This document shows positions 23,719 through 35,015 of a DNA stretch of 64,000 nt, in pieces. The stretch is from Flectonema sp. DT1601. Taxonomy: Eukaryota. The stretch is from assembly GCA_964019425.1 (NCBI GenBank), contig OZ025787.1:930001-994000 (forward strand), read 5' to 3'. Each line of letters begins with the position of its first letter. Position 1 is the stretch's first letter. The translations under genes and the position numbers were made by a program. The notes under the pieces are model-generated. The model was not told the origin of the DNA. It ran no database searches and saw only the letters and a list, made by a program, of their open reading frames with translations.

Positions 23719-25608
23719 TTACGGATCTTGTGTACGAGGATCTCTTATTTGTATCGCTGCAGATCTTGGTGGTGGGGGTGTTGTTGCTCGCTTGCTGTCA
23801 TTGCGAGGATGGGAGTATTTCGGTGACATTGAAGGCACTGTGTTATGATCATCTGTGAAACAAGCGAGTTCTATTTTCGTATGAACGTCAAGCAAGTCCT
23901 GTGGAATAGAATCACCCTCACGACGACGAGTAGGACGAGGAACCTTATCGACTTGAAGCTCATCAGTGTTGTCAGACTCTTGCATTCTAAATTCAAAAGA
24001 ATTCGAAACAGAAGCTGCAACACGAGACTTAAACTCTTCCTTATCAATAAGAGGAATCAACCTGTCTGGAGAAGATGCTTTCACTGTTTTATCATCTTCC
24101 ATATTGATCTCACGTTCAATTCTACTAATCGCTCCTAAGGCATCAGTAGCATTTGGTCTTGCTTTACTACTATAAGAAAGCATACCAACAACTAATTTCT
24201 TCATTGATGCTGAAATAAAAGACCACTCATCACCTTGTGGTTCAAGTGGTTTTCTCATACTACATAAGAGCTCTGCTGGACTTCTTCCTTTAAAAGGTTC
24301 AATACCTGATATCAAAACGTGTAATACGATTCCCAAGCTAAAGATGTCGAGTTTACATAAACGTTCGATGGTTACGCTTTGAGTCTTTGCCAAAACTTCT
24401 GGAGGACAGTATGACAAAGTTCCACAAGGAGTGCATGAAACTTTAGCTGTGTGAAGCGCACTAGCATCGAATGTTTTGCCGAGACCGAAATCGCAAAGTT
24501 TTACAATCGGATTAGACATGTCTTCACTTGGAAATATTAAAATATTTTCAGGTTTAATATCTCTATGAACAGTATGAGCTGTTACGTGAAGATACTCAAT
24601 AGCTGACAGTAGCTGTCTTCCTATGTTTATAACTTCTGATTCAGTCATGTATCCTTTCTTCATCATGAAGTCAAATAGATCACCTTTTCCTAATTCCATT
24701 ATAATGTATACTTTTGATCTTGTTTGACACACGCTGCTCAACTTTACGATGTTCTGATGACTGAGGTCTCTATGAAGTTGTATTTCACGTTTTATAAAAT
24801 TCCATTCCCTCAAAGTATGAACGTTATGTTTATTGATTACTTTAATTGCGGCAGGGTTACGTTTCTTCTTTTCTATTGCAGCGTAGACACAACCAAAGGC
24901 ACCTTTTTGAAGATATTTTGTGGCCTTCTTGTCGTACGTATCGTGCACATCACGGACTTCTTTGTATGGTAAATTGATACCCAGTTGAAATCGATGGCAT
25001 GTTGCCATACATGCTGCTGCTGTCTTGTCTGTGAAGAACGAAAAAACTCTCTGCAGGATGTGGATGGGAATACGGAATGCAACAGGATCGGCACAACCTC
25101 TACAAACTCTCATTTCAGGGCCTCCTGTGTATAGTTGCTGGCGTTTTGATGCGCATAAATCACAGAAAATACGTCCACAGCGTCGACACCAATGACGTCT
25201 GTTGGTAGTAGTGAATCCTATTTTACAATTAGTGCAATTACTTATCGACGGGTCTAAGAATCTCATTCCTAATATCTTTACTGATTTCGGATCTTTTACT
25301 GTCGGATTGTCACCCTCTCTCGCTAACTTTTCGTAGGCTAAGTTTTTAGTATCTGCTCCAGTGGTACGTGCTCGACGTCGGCCATCGTGAGACATTAACA
25401 CTTGGCCTCTCTTCATTTGATTACTTGCTCCGCTGACACCTCGTTCTCTGGATGTAGTTTTTAAAGTTTCAATATCATCGATAACACGATCTGTGTTTGC
25501 AATCCCTGATGAGCTGCTTGCAACAGTACTAGTGGTTGCGGTTGCGATAGGGGAAGAAGTTGTGGTGGTATTGGCAGCTGTGCCAACCTTACTCTGCTGA
25601 TCACCCAT
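23719..25608 (-). CDS. FYVE zinc finger + F-box-like motif + CAMK-like Ser/Thr kinase (629 aa)
   Basis: FYVE: CTNC..F..TNRRHWCRRCGRIFCDLC..RVCRGC. Kinase: KGAFG, AAIK, HRDIKPEN, DFG, CGTLSYCPPE. MGDQQS fits an N-myristoylation pattern. Confidence 0.9.
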   Translation of the reverse strand: MGDQQSKVGTAANTTTTSSPIATATTSTVASSSSGIANTDRVIDDIETLKTTSRERGVSGASNQMKRGQVLMSHDGRRRARTTGADTKNLAYEKLAREGDNPTVKDPKSVKILGMRFLDPSISNCTNCKIGFTTTNRRHWCRRCGRIFCDLCASKRQQLYTGGPEMRVCRGCADPVAFRIPIHILQRVFSFFTDKTAAACMATCHRFQLGINLPYKEVRDVHDTYDKKATKYLQKGAFGCVYAAIEKKKRNPAAIKVINKHNVHTLREWNFIKREIQLHRDLSHQNIVKLSSVCQTRSKVYIIMELGKGDLFDFMMKKGYMTESEVINIGRQLLSAIEYLHVTAHTVHRDIKPENILIFPSEDMSNPIVKLCDFGLGKTFDASALHTAKVSCTPCGTLSYCPPEVLAKTQSVTIERLCKLDIFSLGIVLHVLISGIEPFKGRSPAELLCSMRKPLEPQGDEWSFISASMKKLVVGMLSYSSKARPNATDALGAISRIEREINMEDDKTVKASSPDRLIPLIDKEEFKSRVAASVSNSFEFRMQESDNTDELQVDKVPRPTRRREGDSIPQDLLDVHTKIELACFTDDHNTVPSMSPKYSHPRNDSKRATTPPPPRSAAIQIRDPRTQDP

Positions 25609-26533
25609 AAATTGATTACTCTATTTCTGAATAAAAGTAATACAACAAAATTCCAATTCTGTAGATTCTGTAAAACAACCAATTAACAACATGTTCTGGT
25701 TAAGAAAATTATGTTTAAAAAAATAACTTAATCAACTCCCTTTTTACACAATGCTCTAATACTATTAACTAATCACCACATTATTTTGATAATAAACAAC
25801 GACACTGTAGTGCGGAAGGTAGCAATGAAATTTTTTTTTTTTTAAAAAAGGAAAAGAACGGAGAAAAAAAAAAAAAACATGGGGGAACATAGTAAAAAAG
25901 AGCCACGTTGCCGATGACAGTAGCTATTTGACAGGCAACTCACAAAGCGTTTTGTTTCTTCAGATTCATGAAAGGTTAACTTATAAATAGTGTAAGAACC
26001 GACTTTCATAAGCACCTATCTCTACACACTTGCTGAAATGATCTCTTTGAAGGGACAGGGACTGGAAATAGTTGTCCCAGCCGCGACAGTCGTGGGTAAC
26101 TTCCTTAGAAGATAGACACACATAGACAGGGACAACATTAAACAGCGAACACGTGTCACTAGTAGAAACTAAAAAACAAGATCGCAATGACGGTCACAGG
26201 TAGCTGTAAAGGCAGCTGGTAGTGTTACAGACTAGTTATTGAGTGAAGCAAATAAAATATAATCTCAAAACCTACTTCTAAAGTAAGTAACTAACGGAAA
26301 GGTTTACCAAACATTTATTAACTCAGCAGGTAGACTTGGAATGTAGCAACGGCCTTTATGACAACCTGTCAACGTATGCTCTTCGCCTAGCGGATTATCG
26401 ATTTCACTCACCAGAGTTTACTACTAAAACCGAAACTAAAAGTAAGAACTGCTCATATCGAACAATTGATCAGTATTGGTACTCATCATTAAGAGTTGTT
26501 ATATGACTTATCATCAATACTATTTGATGACTA

Positions 26534-28366
26534 CTAGTCTTCAACAGGTGATCTATTATTTTGATCTTCTTGTTGAATAGAACCAATACCACTATCTGGA
26601 GCTGTCATTTCACCAGGAGGATCAACAACAGGTGTTGTCTCTGGAGCAGATTGCTGAGTTGTTGAAATAGAATTCCTGTCCCTCCGTAAACTCCTACTCG
26701 ATCCTCTTCTTAAAGCTGTAAGGACTCCAGTGTAGTCAGCACCTTCACGGAGAAGCTTGAGACAGATCTTTTCACGCTGGCGATCCTCGTGAGTTTCTTG
26801 CAAGCAAACAAATGGTTTGATCCAGCGGGTATCAGCACCGAGACACCAGGAAGCTGATTGCCATGAACAAGTTCGAATGTTTCTCCAAATTTTAGAATGG
26901 AGACTTTCTTCTTCTGGAACCTCAGGAGGAGGTCCATGAGCAGCACCGATAACAACAACTTCCTCAGAGTCGTCTAATTCTTCTGCCAGGTTTTGTAAAG
27001 GGATCAGTGGCTCTGCGTCAACACTCTCACCGTTAGAGGCTGGATCGAGTCCGAGAACTTTGAGCATCGGTTTTGATAACCCTCCAAAGATAAACACTGT
27101 AGCAATTACTGTAGCCCATGTAGTCGTAACTAGCCTATCACCATGTTGAAGTACCCCTTGGTGAGTTCCGTATGATGCCAATGCAAATGCGATAGCACCT
27201 CGAAGACCAGAAAACCACATAAACACTTGTTCTGTTAGCTTTATCTTTTCAGTTCGACTGTCTCTGAATAAATTAGACAGAAAACACAACGGGAATATGT
27301 TACATGCCCTCCCTAGCAGGATAACTGAGAATGTTGCAAGCATGAACCAAGGATCCCATACAAGACAATCAAAGTAAGTCCACGGAGCAGCTCCTAAGAA
27401 CACAAATACGTACAACTCAGCCGTCTCTGCTACAGCTTTAATTAGTCTTGGCAAGAATATTTTATTAGCGACAGAGAGATTGTGAAGAGTCCAGTGTTTG
27501 ACTAATCTACCTCCGACAAATATAGCCATTATTCCACTGAAATCGAGTGCTTGGGCAACGCTGTACATTCCACCAGCGCTTAAAAATACTATGACCAACT
27601 CAATCGTAGGGTGTTGGCGTAAATCGACCACTTTGAGAAACAAAGCACTGGCTAGAGAGAGGAGGATTCCAACTACAACGGATCCAAAAAAAACTACCCA
27701 AAATTCAAAAAACGCGGCAATCATACTGCTGCTTTGTTTTTTTAGGATTTTAGCGCAGACGGTGTACAGAACAATTGCTACCGCATCGTTAATTACAGAC
27801 TCTCCGAATACGAGGTAGAACATAGCTGGTTTATTAGTAGGAAACACTTCATTCAAAACTGTGAGTGTCGCTACTGGATCAACTGCTGAAATTAAAGCAC
27901 CAAAGGCGTAGGATTCCCAAAATGAAATACCTCCCCCAAAGCTGAGGAGGGTTCCAACAACAACCGTTGATATCAACGTACCAAAGATAGCTAACATTAG
28001 TATGGTTCCAGCATTAGATGATAAAGATGATCTCGAGGATGTTAAACTAAACCCAGCATCGAATATGATCGGTGGTAAGATTACTAACAAGAATGAGTCC
28101 GCATTAAACTTCGCAGCAGCTTTACCAAACCGAGGATCAATTACGTGAAGAACAGCTCCAACAATAAATCCAATTATTATTACACCTCCACACTCAGTCA
28201 TAAGCGGTATTTTAAATTTATGAACTGCCTTTACTGCGAGGAACGCTAGTGCGATCATAATCCCTTGTACTATCTGTCTCATCGCCTCTTCTGCGAGTCC
28301 TTCGTCATCGTCACCAGTTGCCTCGATAACCAGACATGGTAGTCCACTTGAATTCCCAGGCAACAT
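26534..28366 (-). CDS. Na+/H+ exchanger, CPA1 (NHE/NHX) family (610 aa)
   Basis: ILPPIIFDAGF, FGALISAVDPVATL, LVFGESVINDAVAIVL, FSGIMAI and WFSGLRGAIAFALA motifs; many TM segments. Confidence 0.95.
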   Translation of the reverse strand: MLPGNSSGLPCLVIEATGDDDEGLAEEAMRQIVQGIMIALAFLAVKAVHKFKIPLMTECGGVIIIGFIVGAVLHVIDPRFGKAAAKFNADSFLLVILPPIIFDAGFSLTSSRSSLSSNAGTILMLAIFGTLISTVVVGTLLSFGGGISFWESYAFGALISAVDPVATLTVLNEVFPTNKPAMFYLVFGESVINDAVAIVLYTVCAKILKKQSSSMIAAFFEFWVVFFGSVVVGILLSLASALFLKVVDLRQHPTIELVIVFLSAGGMYSVAQALDFSGIMAIFVGGRLVKHWTLHNLSVANKIFLPRLIKAVAETAELYVFVFLGAAPWTYFDCLVWDPWFMLATFSVILLGRACNIFPLCFLSNLFRDSRTEKIKLTEQVFMWFSGLRGAIAFALASYGTHQGVLQHGDRLVTTTWATVIATVFIFGGLSKPMLKVLGLDPASNGESVDAEPLIPLQNLAEELDDSEEVVVIGAAHGPPPEVPEEESLHSKIWRNIRTCSWQSASWCLGADTRWIKPFVCLQETHEDRQREKICLKLLREGADYTGVLTALRRGSSRSLRRDRNSISTTQQSAPETTPVVDPPGEMTAPDSGIGSIQQEDQNNRSPVED

Positions 28367-29289
28367 TTATGCCGTGCTAACCTTTAAAAAAAATATACAT
28401 TTATATAGATAAAATCACGTGCATCAGACTATTTATTTTCAAGCAAGGCACATGAACAACTGAACACAGATACTCGTCAGCGAAAAAATAAACAAATGGA
28501 ATTAGAAACACCCCAAATGAGTTTTTGATATAACAAAAAAAGAACTTGTCAAAAGGCTTGATAGTTAACAGAAATTATGAATCCTGCCATGCCTTGACGC
28601 AGATTGCACGAAACAAATTTCCTCCCCATACCTGATCTGAACGAAAGCGAAAACAGAGAATTCAGAACCCTAGTGTATCTCCCTTCCTACAGTTGAAGAA
28701 GCGAAGAACAAACACAAACCACTTGCTATTGCAGAGGGTAGTGCTTTTTTAAATCCCCCCCTCCGATGTTGACTGAGGAATTGTTCGAAACAAGAAAAAC
28801 AAAGAAAATGTTGCACGACAAGTATTTGCAAAAAAAGATACAGGAAATATTTTACCAAATAGATACCAAATAGAATAGACCTTCAATTTTCAGTTCGTGA
28901 GTTTCTTTTTATTCATCCCCCCTTACCTCCTACAACGTGATCAGACTGACCAAGAAAAAAAGTCAGCCGATAAGACTATAGAAAGAGAGAAAAGAAAAAG
29001 AAAAAAAAATAACTGGTACAACACGCAAAAAAAAATCAATAATACTACGTTACTGCCAACAGCAACTATTGTTTCAGAGCTTGAAGGCTAACGATGTGAT
29101 TCTCGAATTCTGTTCTACTTAAACGATGACTGTCCCCACGTCAGGCTCACAAGCAACAGACACGATGACTCACCATAACTAATAATGGGAAAGGGAACAT
29201 CACGACACACCACATGATCTTACGTTCCGCACAAAACCGCTTCTGTTTTATGTTGAAAGGCTAACAGGATGAGTTGCCTGACCAAAACT

Positions 29290-29545
29290 ATTAAAAGGGG
29301 TTGAAACGTTTGAATGTATTTATGAAGAAATAAATATCCGGATTGTACCATAGTAAGCTATAATGATTGTTAGTTATGACACAGTAAAGGTAATGTTAGT
29401 TTAGGTAAACTCTCTGCAAATGACGTAGAAGACTTTACATTATAATTAATGTTTCTTAATAGTCGTGAGCCTTGGGAAACCAAAACCAGGGTCATAATGT
29501 AGTACGGCAGAGTGTAGATTTCACCTATTAAATACTTGTCAATAA
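29290..29545. repeat. Fragment of the dispersed repeat family
   Basis: aaaggggttgaa..tatttatgaagaaataaatatc and taaaggtaatgttagt..ggtaaac..ctgca match copy B. gatttcacctattaa.tacttgtcaataaa matches ~50355-50383. Confidence 0.7.
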
Positions 29546-30314
29546 AGAGATTGACATTCATTAAAAAAATGAGTTAGCTTATGTTGTTAGTTCGTAGCGG
29601 AGCACTCACCTTAAAACTATTAAAGGAGTGTTATCCAGAATTCAGTTAGAAAACATGACAAATAATGTTGGGGCGGTAGCATCGACGAGTTTTGGTCCAG
29701 AGTGGAGGCTTATCGAAATAAACTCATCATCAGTGTCGCCACGTTCTATGCGCGAACTGTTGAGCTCGACGTTCATAGTTTTGGGGTACCTCAATGTTTT
29801 CTACTTATAACTGTTGATACTGGAATGTACTTTCTTTCGACAAAGAAACAAAAATGACGTTAAACGTTTAGATTTTTATATTATTTGACTGCGAATTATT
29901 ATTTTATTTATTTTTTTTCTTTTAATATGTCGTCTTTATTCAAACAGGTTCCTTTGAAATTACACAATTTTCTTTATTTTTTTTTTCTTTTTCTTTTTTA
30001 GTGACATATACGCACATGTCGGGGGAGTACTCATACGACCAAGGCTGCAAATATGTTGGTTAGTAATCATTGAAAACTCGTACCGTGCTTTCATGTGTGT
30101 CTTTTGATTAACACACGAGCAAAGGAATTTCATGATCAATTGTTTTGCCTCCAAAAATAAAAGGAGATATAAATAATCATTAGTGACAAGTGCTAACCCG
30201 CAAAGAACTAACATTTGAGTGCAAATTGAAAAGAAAAGGAAAAAAACTAATATACCTAAAAGAAAACGAAGTAGAGACAAGTAAGTTCAAGTATTTTGCC
30301 TTCCGATTGGATGA

Positions 30315-32925
30315 TTACTCTGCAGCTGCGTCAACAGGGACTGCATTTACGGAAGCGCCTCCAGTTTCAACCAGTGGAGCTCTACCGACATCTTCCAAAG
30401 CAACGTCTGGTTTGCGTTCTTTCCCTACGAAAGGCTGTGACTCTTGATTAAGCCCTGAGAATTATTAATAATTACAACTCACTTACATCCCACGAGGGGA
30501 AGGGAAGTACACACACCTTCATAATCAATCGATCTCTTCTTCCATTGTTTGTAACCATACACGCAGGCTCCGATAAAGAACACACCCGTGATAACCAAAG
30601 CAAAGATAACTCCGACAGATAGCTGTATTATTATTGATAAGATACATAATCGGATTCTATAAAACTAATTATTGCAAAACAACAAATACACACCTTGTCG
30701 CATTGTTCCCCTGAGTACAGTCTGCTACATTTGCATTTGCCGTCACCGTCGATGCCATCATTGCACGAGCCTTGGTCACATGAGATGCACGGAGTGCAGA
30801 ATTCACCAAAGTGATTTTTATCGCACGCATCGCATGCGGCCCCTGTGAATTCACCACTACATTTGCAAATATAGGTTTTAGTAAGAATGCTCATATCACA
30901 GGTGCCGTGATAACTTCCAGAACATGGGCAAAGACCACAACCATCATCGCAAGTTAGATCAGACATCTTTGTTACTGGACAAGATTGGACAAACATGATT
31001 TCACCATCCTTAACTGGTGTAGAGTGAGTAGTTCCATTATTAGGTGTAACAGTAATTGAATAGTTGACATTCAATAACGGAGTGACAACTGTTTTTGGAA
31101 TGTGGCAAAGTACTGTAGTGGAGTTGACGTAAGTTGCACGTGTATGAGTATTATTATATTCACACAGTAGGTTATTTAATGTATCAGTAAAACCTGTTCC
31201 TACAACTGTGACTGCCCAACACCCTGCTGAACGAACTTCACGAGGTTCAACGTGACTAACCTTTGGGAACTGATTGTACACAATGCCAGTAGCTGGAGAT
31301 GTGTAATTATTAATAATCGACGGTAATTCATCAACTGGAGCATAGAAGACGTTCATAACATACGACCCCGTAAGGTTGTCTACTCTCGGAGGTACAACAA
31401 ATGTGTACATAGTTTCTGAAACAGTCGTTAGCGGCAATATAGAGTAACCAGGAGAGGCTGGAGCATTACATGGGTTTGTTTCGTTTTTAATACAAATTCC
31501 AATGCGGAGAGTGTTCTTTGGTAGCCAAACAAGATCTCCACTAAGTGTGACATCACTCTCTGTGTCGGATGGGAGAAGCATCGGAGAGACCGAAGTGATG
31601 TCTAAGAAACGACCTTCACCTCCTCCCAGATCCTGAACCCACGACGGAACAGGTTTAAGTAAGTCAAGTCCGACAAAGAACTGTGATTTCTCACTACTAT
31701 CTGCACCCATCCATCTAATAGAAGAATCATTATAAAAAGATGGAACAAACCCACTGAGAAGATTATTAGACAATTCTACAAGTTCAAGACTGTCTGAGGA
31801 ATTAGTCCTGTTTTGTAATTCAGTCGGAATAGTTCCCACGAACTTATTATTGCTTAGAACTAATTCTTTCGAAACAGAAGTCCACATCGATGGTGGAATG
31901 GTACCTTGAAGTCTGTTGTTGTCTAACACTACATTTACTAATTTTAATGAAGGTAATATACTAGGCAGTGTTCCTGATAGTTGCGTGTGTTCAATCACAA
32001 CATATTCAATAGCACCACTAAATATCGATCCCGGAAATTCACCTGTAAAGTTACCAACGAGAGATAGGCTACTCAACTTAGCCATGTTACCAAAGTTATC
32101 AGAAAGTTTACCCGAGAAGTCTCCAGACAACGTTAAATCCTCAAGCGATGACAAATTGAAGAGCCCTTCAGGGAATTGCCCTGATATCTTTGTGTTTGAA
32201 ATTACTAAAGATCTCAGATTTGACGCCTTTCCAATGCAGTTCAGCATATCAGTTGATCCCTGTAGATTTTGATTATCAGCCAAATTTACTTTTACTAATG
32301 ATGAAATATCACAAAGTGATGACAGCCATTCCTTTGGAGCAGTGGCATTGCACCCGGTTAGGAATAAGTTTTGGAGGCTGCTGGCATTTTTAATATCAGG
32401 TATATCTGATGCCCTTGCATTATTTGAATAGTCCATGGAGTAAACACAGTCAGGAATGACACCTGAAAGAGATGTAATATTGTTGTTGGCAACTGAGATT
32501 TTAACTTTCTGGGTTTCCGTTCTATTTTCACAGATCACATCATCGAATACTGCCGTACCACTGAATGAACTATACTCTAAAAACAGATTCATAAGAGATG
32601 ATGGAAGCGTTGTTAAGTGGCTACCAATGTCCCCAGTTAGTTGGGAATTTTCTGACAAGTCGAGCAGCTCCAGTTCTTGAAATGCGTCCCAGTTGCCATC
32701 GTAGTCACCGTCTAGGTTATTATCAACTAAGCGTAAAGACACAACGTCACCCTGTTTGTTGCAAACTACTCCGTGCCACTGGTCACAATAATCCCCCACA
32801 AGCCATCCGAAATTTTGCGACCAGTTAGCACCTCCGGTAGAGTTGTACAAATGTACCAGCTCAGCGTACTGGGTGTTGTTCACTCCCGTAAGTGAGGTTG
32901 CAATAGTTAGCAACACGCTCAACAT
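30315..32925 (-). CDS. Type I membrane protein: signal peptide, plant-type LRRs, IPT/TIG-like, EGF-like repeats, TM, short tail (3 exons, ~825 aa)
   Basis: Exons 32925-30694, 30622-30517, 30454-30315 (introns 30693-30623 and 30516-30455). LRR-NT (LYNSTGGANW..C.QWHGVVC), LxxNxLxGxIP repeats, PKVSHVEP..VTVVGTGF (IPT), Cys-rich EGF repeats; TM in exon 2; YEGL in the tail. Confidence 0.88.
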
Positions 32926-33185
32926 TTTGTTATGTAGCACTTAATCACAGGATTGAAGTTTTCATAAATATAAACTACTTGTCATTTAATAGTCAACCAG
33001 ATCTCTACATTTGTTACTAAGAAAGGCTGCTAAGAAAACAAAACATAACTTTTGCAGAACTAAATCTTTCAACGACGAGACAAAACTAACAAATAAGAAC
33101 AGTAGCCATAACATAAAATGACTGATTTGGTGTAAATGATGTGATCTATGACAGAACACAAAATACGCTACGATGTAATACCTTG

Positions 33186-35015
33186 TTATGACTCTAAGCG
33201 TCTCGGGGGTGCAGTACAGGGACGTTTCCGTCGTTGAGTAACTCGGTTCGTATTTTGGAGAGAAGTTGATATTGTCGGCTGGTATTTTGTTTGTTTTTTG
33301 TAATCTTCCTCAGCTGCTGTCACAACACGACGTGAGATCTCTGCTGTTTGAGATGAAGTAGTGAGGGATGAGTCGAACTGAGTTCTATCAATCTGTTGAT
33401 TAGCAGAGAGTGACACAGAATCAGGCGATACTAATGTTTGAGAACCTCTGAAAGGACTCGACTTAGGAGTGAAGTAAACTGTTCCATTACTTTGATCCAA
33501 CTCGACCTCTACCTGCTCATCAACAACACCGTTGGACACTTCACTTCGAAGTTTCTCAACCATAGAGCAGAGTTGGTGTTGTTCCTTTATCAGAACCTGT
33601 CGCTCACTTTCAAATTTCCCCTTTTCATGCTGCTTTAACATCAAACACTTTCTAAGCTGTTGGCTTAAAAAATTAACTTCCGTCTGAGCATCATCAAACT
33701 TTGCTCTGTAGTATGAGACCGAATCACTGTTTTCGTTACCAGCATATTTTCGTATCGCTTCGTCTTTATATCCGGTAGACTGCTTTATAGCTTCAAGTTC
33801 TTGTTGCTTAAGCTGAGATGCGAAGATAGTATTGTATTCAACTGTCATTGTTTGGACTAGCTTCTCGGATGCTCGTAGTTGGCTTTCAACTTTACTCTTA
33901 CTAGCGAGAGCATTTTTCAATTCACATTTTGTTTCAGTCAGCTGGTTGAGTGTTTTTGTTCGTAATTGCTGAGCTTCTTTTAGAGAAGCGTGCACACTTA
34001 CAGCAGATAAAGTTTTAAGTTTTTTGTGGAGGTCAGCTACTTCTGCTTCGGTGATGTGTTTCTTGGATAGCTGCAGCTGCTGTTTGTTGAATTTGGTGTT
34101 TAGGCTTTCGATTATTCGTAAGGTGTGTTTTTCATTCTGCCGAGTATCACGTTCCCTGTAAGCTCGAACTCGATTGATTTCTTGCTCGAGGGCTGCCATT
34201 TCCTGCTCAGCATTATTGTGCTGAGCAATCTTGTGCTGAGCTTTTTCTAAAGATCCTCTTAACAAGGTTAGTTGTGATGTTAGCGTCGCAAGTTGCATTC
34301 TCATTCGGGTTTCAACTTTCTTTAATTGCTGGATTTGTTTCTTATACGCTACTACGAGTTCTTCTCTTTCACCAGCGCAGTGAGAATGCGACTGCTCCAA
34401 TGCCGACAGCTGATTTTCTACTTCTTGTTTTTCAGACTTTAAAGTGTTTACGATATTATTAATTGTAGCATCCGTTTCATTTTGTTTTTTTGATGCAAGA
34501 CACGATTGGGCTTGATATGCATTGTCACGCTCTCTACTAGCTGAGAGGAGTAGGCGAAAACTGATTCTAATAGCTTCTATTGCTGAGAGAGGGGTACTTG
34601 ACGATATTCGAGTTTTATCATAAAATTCTACATCAACAGTGGAGGACATCACTTCGTCTAATAAGTTTCGAAGAGCTTGTTCAACGAGAGGATATTTACA
34701 AAGTTGTTCGCTGAGTTTTTTATTCTTAACGCTTGTTTGATGACGTTCTGCTTCGTATTTAATCATCTCAGAATTGTGATTAGACTTCTCTTCTCGTAAC
34801 ATTTCTGAAATTGATATAACTTGATGCTGTAGTTGCTGAACAGACGACCGTTGTCCTACAACTGTTTCTTGTAGAATCTTATTATCTTCGACCACAACCT
34901 GAATCTGTTTTCTTAACTGCGCATTACGATCACGCTGACTCTGTAATTTAACATCGAGCTCTTGTTGTTGGTTCCCCACAGAACCAAATCCAGCAAGCGA
35001 TCCCGCCGCAGACAT
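33186..35015 (-). CDS. Coiled-coil protein of unknown function (609 aa)
   Basis: Long ORF with coding-like composition, Q/E/K/L-rich heptads and C-terminal RPCTAPPRR. Confidence 0.8.
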   Translation of the reverse strand: MSAAGSLAGFGSVGNQQQELDVKLQSQRDRNAQLRKQIQVVVEDNKILQETVVGQRSSVQQLQHQVISISEMLREEKSNHNSEMIKYEAERHQTSVKNKKLSEQLCKYPLVEQALRNLLDEVMSSTVDVEFYDKTRISSSTPLSAIEAIRISFRLLLSASRERDNAYQAQSCLASKKQNETDATINNIVNTLKSEKQEVENQLSALEQSHSHCAGEREELVVAYKKQIQQLKKVETRMRMQLATLTSQLTLLRGSLEKAQHKIAQHNNAEQEMAALEQEINRVRAYRERDTRQNEKHTLRIIESLNTKFNKQQLQLSKKHITEAEVADLHKKLKTLSAVSVHASLKEAQQLRTKTLNQLTETKCELKNALASKSKVESQLRASEKLVQTMTVEYNTIFASQLKQQELEAIKQSTGYKDEAIRKYAGNENSDSVSYYRAKFDDAQTEVNFLSQQLRKCLMLKQHEKGKFESERQVLIKEQHQLCSMVEKLRSEVSNGVVDEQVEVELDQSNGTVYFTPKSSPFRGSQTLVSPDSVSLSANQQIDRTQFDSSLTTSSQTAEISRRVVTAAEEDYKKQTKYQPTISTSLQNTNRVTQRRKRPCTAPPRRLES

